A DNA stretch of 64,000 nt from Auanema rhodensis (Eukaryota > Animalia > Nematoda), in NCBI GenBank assembly GCA_964057225.1, contig OZ059900.1:23374001-23438000 (forward strand), given 5' to 3'. Below, in pieces: positions 14,376 to 26,475 of the stretch (positions are counted from its first letter, which is position 1; the number at the start of each line of letters is the position of its first letter). The notes under the pieces were generated by a model, which was given only the letters and a program-made list of their open reading frames with translations, did no database searches and was not told where the DNA came from. The position numbers and the translations under genes are program-made.

Positions 14376-17300
14376 AGCTCAAAATTGTTCGTACAACGTC
14401 TAGTTCCACTTTCACGACAAAAAAACAGGGGTTAGAAAATTAAGGAAATTAGCATATTCTGAGGGCACGCCCCTTATGGCTAATATTGATTAAATCGATT
14501 TTTGTTCATATGAGTCGTCAAATGCAACGAATTTCAGCGTGTTACATACTAAAATGAAGCATTTTACATGCTGAACACTAGAAAATTACAAAAACACAGT
14601 ATTTCCCATGAGAAATATTTTATTATGCTGGAAAACCAGTTTTTGGAAATTTCGCTGTAAACAAGGTTTTGACTTACGATTTCATGTGTTCAAACTCATG
14701 CAATGTCAATGAAACCTAGCTCAAAATTGTTCGTACAACGTCTAGTTCCACTTTCACGACAAAAAAACAGGGGTTAGAAAATTAAGGAAATTAGCATATT
14801 CTGAGGGCACGCCCCTTATGGCTAATATTGATTAAATCGATTTTTGTTCATATGAGTCGTCAAATGCAACGAATTTCAGCGTGTTACATACTAAAATGAA
14901 GCATTTTACATGCTGAACACTAGAAAAATACAAAAACACAGTATTTCCCATGAGAAATATTTTATTATGCTGGAAAACCAGTTTTTGGAAATTTCGCTGT
15001 AAACAAGGTTTTGACTTACGATTTCATGTGTTCAAACTCATGCAATGTCAATGAAACCTAGCTCAAAACTGTTCGTACAACGTCTTGTTCCACTTTCACG
15101 ACAAAAAAACAGGGGTTAGAAAATTAAGGAAATTAGCATATTCTGAGGGCACGCCCCTTATGGCTAATATTGATTAAATCGATTTTTGTTCATATGAGTC
15201 GTCAAATGCAACGAATTTCAGCGTGTTACATACTAAAATGAAGCATTTTACATGCTGAACACTAGAAAAATACAAAAACACAGTATTTCCCATGAGAAAT
15301 ATTTTATTATGCTGGAAAACCAGTTTTTGGAAATTTCGCTGTAAACAAGGTTTTGACTTACGATTTCATGTGTTCAAACTCATGCAATGTCAATGAAACC
15401 TAGCTCAAAATTGTTCGTACAACGTCTAGTTCCACTTTCACGACAAAAAAACAGGGGTTAGAAAATTAAGGAAATTAGCATATTCTGAGGGCACGCCCCT
15501 TATGGCTAATATTGATTAAATCGATTTTTGTTCATATGAGTCGTCAAATGCAACGAATTTCAGCGTGTTACATACTAAAATGAAGCATTTTACATGCTGA
15601 ACACTAGAAAAATACAAAAACACAGTATTTCCCATGAGAAATATTTTATTATGCTGGAAAACCAGTTTTTGGAAATTTCGCTGTAAACAAGGTTTTGACT
15701 TACGATTTCATGTGTTCAAACTCATGCAATGTCAATGAAACCTAGCTCAAAATTGTTCGTACAACGTCTAGTTCCACTTTCACGACAAAAAAACAGGGGT
15801 TAGAAAATTAAGGAAATTAGCATATTCTGAGGGCACGCCCCTTATGGCTAATATTGATTAAATCGATTTTTGTTCATATGAGTCGTCAAATGCAACGAAT
15901 TTCAGCGTGTTACATACTAAAATGAAGCATTTTACATGCTGAACACTAGAAAAATACAAAAACACAGTATTTCCCATGAGAAATATTTTATTATGCTGGA
16001 AAACCAGTTTTTGGAAATTTCGCTGTAAACAAGGTTTTGACTTACGATTTCATGTGTTCAAACTCATGCAATGTCAATGAAACCTAGCTCAAAATTGTTC
16101 GTACAACGTCTAGTTCCACTTTCACGACAAAAAAACAGGGGTTAGAAAATTAAGGAAATTAGCATATTCTGAGGGCACGCCCCTTATGGCTAATATTGAT
16201 TAAATCGATTTTTGTTCATATGAGTCGTCAAATGCAACGAATTTCAGCGTGTTACATACTAAAATGAAGCATTTTACATGCTGAACACTAGAAAAATACA
16301 AAAACACAGTATTTCCCACGAGAAATATTTTATTATGCTGGAAAACCAGTTTTTGGAAATTTCGCTGTAAACAAGGTTTTGACTTACGATTTCATGTGTT
16401 CAAACTCATGCAATGTCAATGAAACCTAGCTCAAAATTGTTCGTACAACGTCTAGTTCGACTTTCACGACAAAAAAACAGGGGTTAGAAAATTAAGGAAA
16501 TTAGCATATTCTGAGGGCACGCCTCTTATGGCTAATATTGATTAAATCGATTTTTGTTCATATGAGTCGTCAAATGCAACGAATTTCAGCGTGTTACATA
16601 CTAAAATGAAACATTTTACATGCTGAACACTAGAAAAATACAAAAACACAGTATTTCCCACGAGAAATATTTTATTATGCTGGAAAACCAGTTTTTGGAA
16701 ATTTCGCTGTAAACAAGGTTTTGACTTACGATTTCATGTGTTCAAACTCATGCAATGTCAATGAAACCTAGCTCAAAATTGTTCGTACAACGTGTAGTTC
16801 CACTTTCACGACAAAAAAACAGGGGTTAGAAAATTAAGGAAATTAGCATATTCTGAGGGCACGCCCCTTATGGCTAATATTGATTAAATCGATTTTTGTT
16901 CATATGAGTCGTCAAATGCAACGAATTTCAGCGTGTTACATACTAAAATGAAGCATTTTACATGCTGAACACTAGAAAAATACAAAAACACAGTATTTCC
17001 CATGAGAAATATTTTATTATGCTGGAAAACCAGTTTTTGGAAATTTCGCTGTAAACAAGGTTTTGACTTACGATTTCATGTGTTCAAACTCATGCAATGT
17101 CAATGAAACCTAGCTCAAAACTGTTCGTACAACGTCTAGTTCCACTTTCACGACAAAAAAACAGGGGTTAGAAAATTAAGGAAATTAGCATATTCTGAGG
17201 GCACGCCCCTTATGGCTAATATTGATTAAATCGATTTTTGTTCATATGAGTCGTCAAATGCAACGAATTTCAGCGTGTTACATACTAAAATGAAGCATTT

Positions 17301-20300
17301 TACATGCTGAACACTAGAAAAATACAAAAACACAGTATTTCCCATGAGAAATATTTTATTATGCTGGAAAACCAGTTTTTGGAAATTTCGCTGTAAACAA
17401 GGTTTTGACTTACGATTTCATGTGTTCAAACTCATGCAATGTCAATGAAACCTAGCTCAAAATTGTTCGTACAACGTCTAGTTCCACTTTCACGACAAAA
17501 AAACAGGGGTTAGAAAATTAAGGAAATTAGCATATTCTGAGGGCACGCCCCTTATGGCTAATATTGATTAAATCGATTTTTGTTCATATGAGTCGTCAAA
17601 TGCAACGAATTTCAGCGTGTTACATACTAAAATGAAGCATTTTACATGCTGAACACTAGAAAAATACAAAAACACAGTATTTCCCATGAGAAATATTTTA
17701 TTATGCTGGAAAACCAGTTTTTGGAAATTTCGCTGTAAACAAGGTTTTGACTTACGATTTCATGTGTTCAAACTCATGCAATGTCAATGAAACCTAGCTC
17801 AAAATTGTTCGTACAACGTCTAGTTCCACTTTCACGACAAAAAAACAGGGGTTAGAAAATTAAGGAAATTAGCATATTCTGAGGGCACGCCCCTTATGGC
17901 TAATATTGATTAAATCGATTTTTGTTCATATGAGTCGTCAAATGCAACGAATTTCAGCGTGTTACATACTAAAATGAAGCATTTTACATGCTGAACACTA
18001 GAAAAATACAAAAACACAGTATTTCCCATGAGAAATATTTTATTATGCTGGAAAACCAGTTTTTGGAAATTTCGCTGTAAACAAGGTTTTGACTTACGAT
18101 TTCATGTGTTCAAACTCATGCAATGTCAATGAAACCTAGCTCAAAATTGTTCGTACAACGTCTAGTTCCACTTTCACGACAAAAAAACAGGGGTTAGAAA
18201 ATTAAGGAAATTAGCATATTCTGAGGGCACGCCCCTTATGGCTAATATTGATTAAATCGATTTTTGTTCATATGAGTCGTCAAATGCAACGAATTTCAGC
18301 GTGTTACATACTAAAATGAAGCATTTTACATGCTGAACACTAGAAAAATATAAAAACACAGTATTTCCCATGAGAAATATTTTATTATGCTGGAAAACCA
18401 GTTTTTGGAAATTTCGCTGTAAACAAGGTTTTGACTTACGATTTCATGTGTTCAAACTCATGCAATGTCAATGAAACCTAGCTCAAAATTGTTCGTACAA
18501 TGTCTAGTTCCACTTTCACGACAAAAAAACAGGGGTTAGAAAATTAAGGAAATTAGCATATTCTGAGGGCACGCCCCTTATGGCTAATATTGATTAAATC
18601 GATTTTTGTTCATATGAGTCGTCAAATGCAACGAATTTCAGCGTGTTACATACTAAAATGAAGCATTTTACATGCTGAACACTAGAAAAATACAAAAACA
18701 CAGTATTTCCCATGAGAAATATTTTATTATGCTGGAAAACCAGTTTTTGGAAATTTCGCTGTAAACAAGGTTTTGACTTACGATTTCATGTGTTCAAACT
18801 CATGCAATGTCAATGAAACCTAGCTCAAAATTGTTCGTACAACGTCTAGTTCCACTTTCACGACAAAAAAACAGGGGTTAGAAAATTAAGGAAATTAGCA
18901 TATTCTGAGGGCACGCCCCTTATGGCTAATATTGATTAAATCGATTTTTGTTCATATGAGTCGTCAAATGCAACGAATTTCAGCGTGTTACATACTAAAA
19001 TGAAGCATTTTACATGCTGAACACTAGAAAAATACAAAAACACAGTATTTCCCACGAGAAATATTTTATTATGCTGGAAAACCAGTTTTTGGAAATTTCG
19101 CTGTAAACAAGGTTTTGACTTACGATTTCATGTGTTCAAACTCATGCAATGTCAATGAAACCTAGCTCAAAATTGTTCGTACAACGTCTAGTTCGACTTT
19201 CACGACAAAAAAACAGGGGTTAGAAAATTAAGGAAATAAGCATATTCTGAGGGCACGCCTCTTATGGCTAATATTGATTAAATCGATTTTTGTTCATATG
19301 AGTCGTCAAATGCAACGAATTTCAGCGTGTTACATACTAAAATGAAACATTTTACATGCTGAACACTAGAAAAATACAAAAACACAGTATTTCCCACGAG
19401 AAATATTTTATTATGCTGGAAAACCAGTTTTTGGAAATTTCGCTGTAAACAAGGTTTTGACTTACGATTTCATGTGTTCAAACTCATGCAATGTCAATGA
19501 AACCTAGTTCAAAATTGTTCGTACAACGTCTAGTTCCACTTTCACAACAAAAAAACAGGGGTTAGAAAATTAAGGAAATTAGCATATTCTGAGGGCACGC
19601 CCCTTATGGCTAATATTGATTAAATCGATTTTTGTTCATATGAGTCGTCAAATGTAACGAATTTCAGCGTGTTACATACTAAAATGAAGCATTTTACATG
19701 GTGAACACTAGAAAAATACAAAAATACAGTATTTCCCATGAGAAAGATTTTATTATGCTGGAAAACCAGTTTTTGGAAATTTCGCTGTAAACAAGGTTTT
19801 GACTTACGATTTCATGTGTTCAAACTCATGCAATGTCAATGAAACCTAGCTCAAAATTGTTCGTACAACGTCTAGTTCCACTTTCACGACAAAAAAACAG
19901 GGGTTAGAAAATTAAGGAAATTAGCATATTCTGAGGGCACGCCCCTTATGGCTAATATTGATTAAATCGATTTTTGTTCATATGAGTCGTCAAATGCAAC
20001 GAATTTCAGCGTGTTACATACTAAAATGAAGCATTTTACATGCTGAACACTAGAAAAATACAAAAACACAGTATTTCCCATGAGAAATATTTTATTATGC
20101 TGGAAAACCAGTTTTTGGAAATTTCGCTGTAAACAAGGTTTTGACTTACGATTTCATGTGTTCAAACTCATGCAATGTCAATGAAACCTAGCTCAAAATT
20201 GTTCGTACAACGTCTAGTTCCACTTTCACGACAAAAAAACAGGGGTTAGAAAATTAAGGAAATTAGCATATTCTGAGGGCACGCCCCTTATGGCTAATAT

Positions 20301-23300
20301 TGATTAAATCGATTTTTGTTCATATGAGTCGTCAAATGCAACGAATTTCAGCGTGTTACATACTAAAATGAAGCATTTTACATGCTGAACACTAGAAAAA
20401 TACAAAAACACAGTATTTCCCACGAGAAATATTTTATTATGCTGGAAAACCAGTTTTTGGAAATTTCGCTGTAAACAAGGTTTTGACTTACGATTTCATG
20501 TGTTCAAACTCATGCAATGTCAATGAAACCTAGCTCAAAATTGTTCGTACAACGTCTAGTTCGACTTTCACGACAAAAAAACAGGGGTTAGAAAATTAAG
20601 GAAATTAGCATATTCTGAGGGCACGCCTCTTATGGCTAATATTGATTAAATCGATTTTTGTTCATATGAGTCGTCAAATGCAACGAATTTCAGCGTGTTA
20701 CATACTAAAATGAAGCATTTTACATGCTGAACACTAGAAAAATACAAAAACACAGTATTTCCCATGAGAAATATTTTATTATGCTGGAAAACCAGTTTTT
20801 GGAAATTTCGCTGTAAACAAGGTTTTGACTTACGATTTCATGTGTTCAAACTCATGCAATGTCAATGAAACCTAGCTCAAAATTGTTCGTACAACGTCTA
20901 GTTCCACTTTCACGACAAAAAAACAGGGGTTAGAAAATTAAGGAAATTAGCATATTCTGAGGGCACGCCCCTTATGGCTAATATTGATTAAATCGATTTT
21001 TGTTCATATGAGTCGTCAAATGCAAAGAATTTCAGCGTGTTACATACTAAAATGAAACATTTTACATGCTGAACACTAGAAAAATACAAAAACACAGTAT
21101 TTCCCATGAGAAATATTTTATTATGCTGGAAAACCAGTTTTTGGAAATTTCGCTGTAAACAAGGTTTTGACTTACGATTTCATGTGTTCAAACTCATGCA
21201 ATGTCAATGAAACCTAGCTCAAAATTGTTCGTACAACGTCTAGTTCCACTTTCACGACAAAAAAACAGGGGTTAGAAAATTAAGGAAATTAGCATATTCT
21301 GAGGGCACGCCTCTTATGGCTAATATTGATTAAATCGATTTTTGTTCATATGAGTCGTCAAATGCAACGAATTTCAGCGTGTTACATACTAAAATGAAGC
21401 ATTTTACATGCTGAACACTAGAAAAATACAAAAACACAGTATTTCCCATGAGAAATATTTTATTATGCTGGAAAACCAGTTTTTGGAAATTTCGCTGTAA
21501 ACAAGGTTTTGACTTACGATTTCATGTGTTCAAACTCATGCAATGTCAATGAAACCTAGCTCAAAATTGTTCGTACAACGTCTAGTTCGACTTTCACGAC
21601 AAAAAAACAGGGGTTAGAAAATTAAGGAAATTAGCATATTCTGAGGGCACGCCCCTTATGGCTAATATTGATTAAATCGATTTTTGTTCATATGAGTCGT
21701 CAAATGCAAAGAATTTCAGCGTGTTACATACTAAAATAAAACATTTTACATGCTGAACACTAGAAAAATACAAAAACACAGTATTTCCCACGAGAAATAT
21801 TTTATTATGCTGGAAAACCAGTTTTTGGAAATTTCGCTGTAAACAAGGTTTTGACTTACGATTTCATGTGTTCAAACTCATGCAATGTCAATAAAACCTA
21901 GCTCAAAATTGTTCGTACAACGTGTAGTTCCACTTTCACGACAAAAAAACAGGGGTTAGAAAATTAAGGAACTTAGCATATTCTGAGGGCACGCCCCTTA
22001 TGGCTAATATTGATTAAATCGATTTTTGTTCATATGAGTCGTCAAATGCAACGAATTTCAGCGTGTTACATACTAAAATGAAGCATTTTACATGCTGAAC
22101 ACTAGAAAAATACAAAAACACAGTATTTCCCATGAGAAATATTTTATTATGCTGGAAAACCAGTTTTTGGAAATTTCGCTTTAAACAAGGTTTTGACTTA
22201 CGATTTCATGTGTTCAAACTCATGCAATGTCAATGAAACCTAGCTCAAAATTGTTCGTACAACGTCTAGTTCCACTTTCACGACAAAAAAACAGGGGTTA
22301 GAAAATTAGGGAAATTAGCATATTCTGAGGGCACGCCCCTTATGGCTAATATTGATTAAATCGATTTTTGTTCATATGAGTCGTCAAATGCAACGAATTT
22401 TAGCGTGTTACATACTAAAATGAAGCATTTTACATGCTGAACACTAGAAAAATACAAAAACACAGTATTTCCCATGAGAAATATTTTATTATGCTGGAAA
22501 ACCAGTTTTTGGAAATTTCGCTGTAAACAAGGTTTTGACTTACGATTTCATGTGTTCAAACTCATGCAATGTCAATGAAACCTAGCTCAAAATTGTTCGT
22601 ACAACGTCTAGTTCCACTTTCACGACAAAAAAACAGGGGTTAGAAAATTAAGGAAATTAGCATATTCTGAGGGCACGCCCCTTATGGCTAATATTGATTA
22701 AATCGATTTTTGTTCATATGAGTCGTCAAATGCAGCGAATTTCAGCTTGTTACATACTAAAATGAAACATTTTACATGCTGAACACTAGAAAAATACAAA
22801 AACACAGTATTTCCCATGAGAAATATTTTATTATGCTGGAAAACCAGTTTTTGGAAATTTCGCTGTAAACAAGGTTTTGACTTACGATTTCATGTGTTCA
22901 AACTCATGCAATGTCAACGAAACCTAGCTCAAAATTGTTCGTACAACGTCTAGTTCCACTTTCACGACAAAAAAACAGGGGTTAGAAAATTAGGGAAATT
23001 AGCATATTCTGAGGGCACGCCCCTTATGGCTAATATTGATTAAATCGATTTTTGTTCATATGAGTCGTCAAATGCAACGAATTTTAGCGTGTTACATACT
23101 AAAATGAAGCATTTTACATGTTGAACACTAGAAAAATACAAAAACACAGTATTTCCCATGAGAAATATTTTATTATGCTGGAAAACCAGTTTTTGGAAAT
23201 TTCGCTGTAAACAAGGTTTTGACTTACGATTTCATGTGTTCAAACTCATGCAATGTCAATGAAACCTAGCTCAAAATTGTTCGTACAACGTCTAGTTCCA

Positions 23301-25370
23301 CTTTCACGACAAAAAAACAGGGGTTAGAAAATTAAGGAAATTAGCATATTCTGAGGGCACGCCCCTTATGGCTAATATTGATTAAATCGATTTTTGTTCA
23401 TATGAGTCGTCAAATGCAACGAATTTCAGCGTGTTACATACTAAAATGAAGCATTTTACATGCTGAACACTAGAAAAATACAAAAACACAGTATTTCCCA
23501 TGAGAAATATTTTATTATGCTGGAAAACCAGTTTTTGGAAATTTCGCAGTAAACAAGGTTTTGACTTACGATTTCATGTGTTCAAACTCATGCAATGTCA
23601 ATGAAACCTAGCTCAAAATTGTTCGTACAACGTCTAGTTCCACTTTCACGACAAAAAAACAGGGGTTAGAAAATTAAGGAAATTAGCATATTCTGAGGGC
23701 ACGCCCCTTATGGCTAATATTGATTAAATCGATTTTTGTTCATATGAGTCGTCAAATGCAACGAATTTCAGCGTGTTACATACTAAAATGAAGCATTTTA
23801 CATGCTGAACACTGGAAAAATACAAAAACACAGTATTTCCCATGAGAAATATTTTATTATGCTGGAAAACCAGTTTTTGGAAATTTCGCTGTAAACAAGG
23901 TTTTGACTTACGATTTCATGTGTTCAAACTCATGCAATGTCAACGAAACCTAGCTCAAAATTGTTCGTACAACGTCTAGTTCCACTTTCACGACAAAAAA
24001 ACAGGGGTTAGAAAATTAAGGAAATTAGCATATTCTGAGGGCACGCCCCTTATGGCTAATATTGATTAAATCGATTTTTGTTCATATGAGTCGTCAAATG
24101 CAACGAATTTCAGCGTGTTACATACTAAAATGAAGCATTTTACATGCTGAACACTGGAAAAATACAAAAACACAGTATTTCCCATGAGAAATATTTTATT
24201 ATGCTGGAAAACCAGTTTTTGGAAATTTCGCTGTAAACAAGGTTTTGACTTACGATTTCATGTGTTCAAACTCATGCAATGTCAACGAAACCTAGCTCAA
24301 AATTGTTCGTACAACGTCTAGTTCTACTTTCACGACAAAAAAACAGGGGTTAGAAAATTAAGGAAATTAGCATATTCTGAGGGCACGCCCCTTAAGGCTA
24401 ATATTGATTAAATCGATTTTTGTTCATATGAGTCGTCAAATGCAACGAATTTCAGCGTGTTACATACTAAAATGAAGCATTTTACATGCTGAACACTAGA
24501 AAAATACAAAAACACAGTATTTCCCATGAGAAATATTTTATTATGCTGGAAAACCAGTTTTTGGAAATTTCGCTGTAAACAAGGTTTTGACTTACGATTT
24601 CATGTGTTCAAACTCATGCAATGTCAATGAAACCTAGCTTAAAATTGTTCGTACAACGTCTAGTTCCACTTTCACGACAAAAAAACAGGGGTTAGAAAAT
24701 TAAGGAAATTAGCATATTCTGAGGGCACGCCCCTTATGGCTAATATTGATTAAATCGACTTTTGTTCATATGAGTCGTCAAATGCAACGAATTTCAGCGT
24801 GTTACATACTAAAATGAAGCATTTTACATGCTGAACACTGAAAAAATACAAAAACACAGTATTTCCCATGAGAAATATTTTATTATGCTGGAAAACCAGT
24901 TTTTGGAAATTTCGCTGTAAACAAGGTTTTGACTTACGATTTCATGTGTTCAAACTCATGCAATGTCAACGAAACCTAGCTCAAAATTGTTCGTACAACG
25001 TCTAGTTCCACTTTCACGACAAAAAAACAGGGGTTAGAAAATTAAGGAAATTAGCATATTCTGAGGGCACGCCCCTTATGGCTAATATTGATTAAATCGA
25101 TTTTTGTTCATATGAGTCGTCAAATGCAACGAATTTCAGCGTGTTACATACTAAAATGAAGCATTTTACATGCTGAACACTAGAAAAATACAAAAACACA
25201 GTATTTCCCACGAGAAATATTTTATTATGCTGGAAAACCAGTTTTTGGAAATTTCGCTGTAAACAAGGTTTTGACTTACGATTTCATGTGTTCAAACTCA
25301 TGCAATGTCAATGAAACCTAGCTCAAAATTGTTCGTACAACGTCTAGTTCCACTTTCACGACAAAAAAAC

Positions 25371-25426
25371 AGGGGTTAGGGGCGTGCCCTCAGAATATGC
25401 TAATTTCCTTAATTTTCTAACCCCTG
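25371..25426. other. Inversion (strand-switch) junction of the satellite array
   Basis: Forward ...ACAAAAAAACAGGGGTTAG joins directly to reverse AGGGGCGTGCCCTCAGAATATG.... The AG at 25378-25379 is shared by both orientations and no foreign sequence is inserted. Confidence 0.98.
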
Positions 25427-26443
25427 TTTTTTTGTCGTGAAAGTGGAACTAGACGTTGTACGAACAATTTTGAGCTAGGTTTCGTTGACATTGCATGAGT
25501 TTGAACACATGAAATCGTAAGTCAAAACCTTGTTTACAGCGAAATTTCCAAAAACTGGTTTTCCAGCATAATAAAATATTTCTCATGGGAAATACTGTGT
25601 TTTTGTATTTTTTCAGTGTTCAGCATGTAAAATGCTTCATTTTAGTATGTAACACGCTGAAATTCGTTGCATTTGACGACTCATATGAACAAAAGTCGAT
25701 TTAATCAATATTAGCCATAAGGGGCGTGCCCTCAGAATATGCTAATTTCCTTAATTTTCTAACCCCTGTTTTTTTGTCGTGAAAGTGGAACTAGACGTTG
25801 TACGAACAATTTTAAGCTAGGTTTCATTGACATTGCATGAGTTTGAACACATGAAATCGTAAGTCAAAACCTTGTTTACAGCGAAATTTCCAAAAACTGG
25901 TTTTCCAGCATAATAAAATATTTCTCATGGGAAATACTGTGTTTTTGTATTTTTCTAGTGTTCAGCATGTAAAATGCTTCATTTTAGTATGTAACACGCT
26001 GAAATTCGTTGCATTTGACGACTCATATGAACAAAAATCGATTTAATCAATATTAGCCTTAAGGGGCGTGCCCTCAGAATATGCTAATTTCCTTAATTTT
26101 CTAACCCCTGTTTTTTTGTCGTGAAAGTGGAACTAGACGTTGTACGAACAATTTTGAGCTAGGTTTCATTGACATTGCATGAGTTTGAACACATGAAATC
26201 GTAAGTCAAAACCTTGTTTACAGCGAAATTTCCAAAAACTGGTTTTCCAGCATAATAAAATATTTCTCATGGGAAATACTGTGTTTTTGTATTTTTCTAG
26301 TGTTCAGCATGTAAAATGCTTCATTTTAGTATGTAACAAGCTGAAATTCGCTGCATTTGACGACTCATATGAACAAAAATCGATTTAATCAATATTAGCC
26401 ATAAGGGGCGTGCCCTCAGAATATGCTAATTTCCTTAATTTTC

Positions 26444-26475
26444 TAACCCCTGTTTTTTTTAACCCCTGTTTTTTT
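26444..26475 (-). repeat. 16-bp tandem duplication inside a monomer (TAACCCCTGTTTTTTT x2), giving a 358-bp monomer
   Basis: Units lie at 26444-26459 and 26460-26475; the monomer spacing 26161 to 26519 is 358 bp. Confidence 0.97.

Larger units (their letters stand above)
1..25379 (+). repeat. Satellite DNA array, 342-bp monomer, forward orientation (74 complete monomers plus a 60-bp partial)
   Basis: The unit AGCTCAAAATTGTTCGTAC...GTCAATGAAACCT restarts at 1, 344, 687, 1029, 1371 ... 24636, 24978, 25320. Eleven monomers carry A8 instead of A7 (343 bp), and 74x342+11=25319 matches the observed coordinate. The array runs off the left edge of the window. Confidence 0.99.

Noticed and set aside
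25662-25678. CENP-B box-like ATTCGTTGCATTTGACG in each monomer
   Set aside because: It matches TTCG and the central A of NTTCGNNNNANNCGGGN but lacks the required CGGG.
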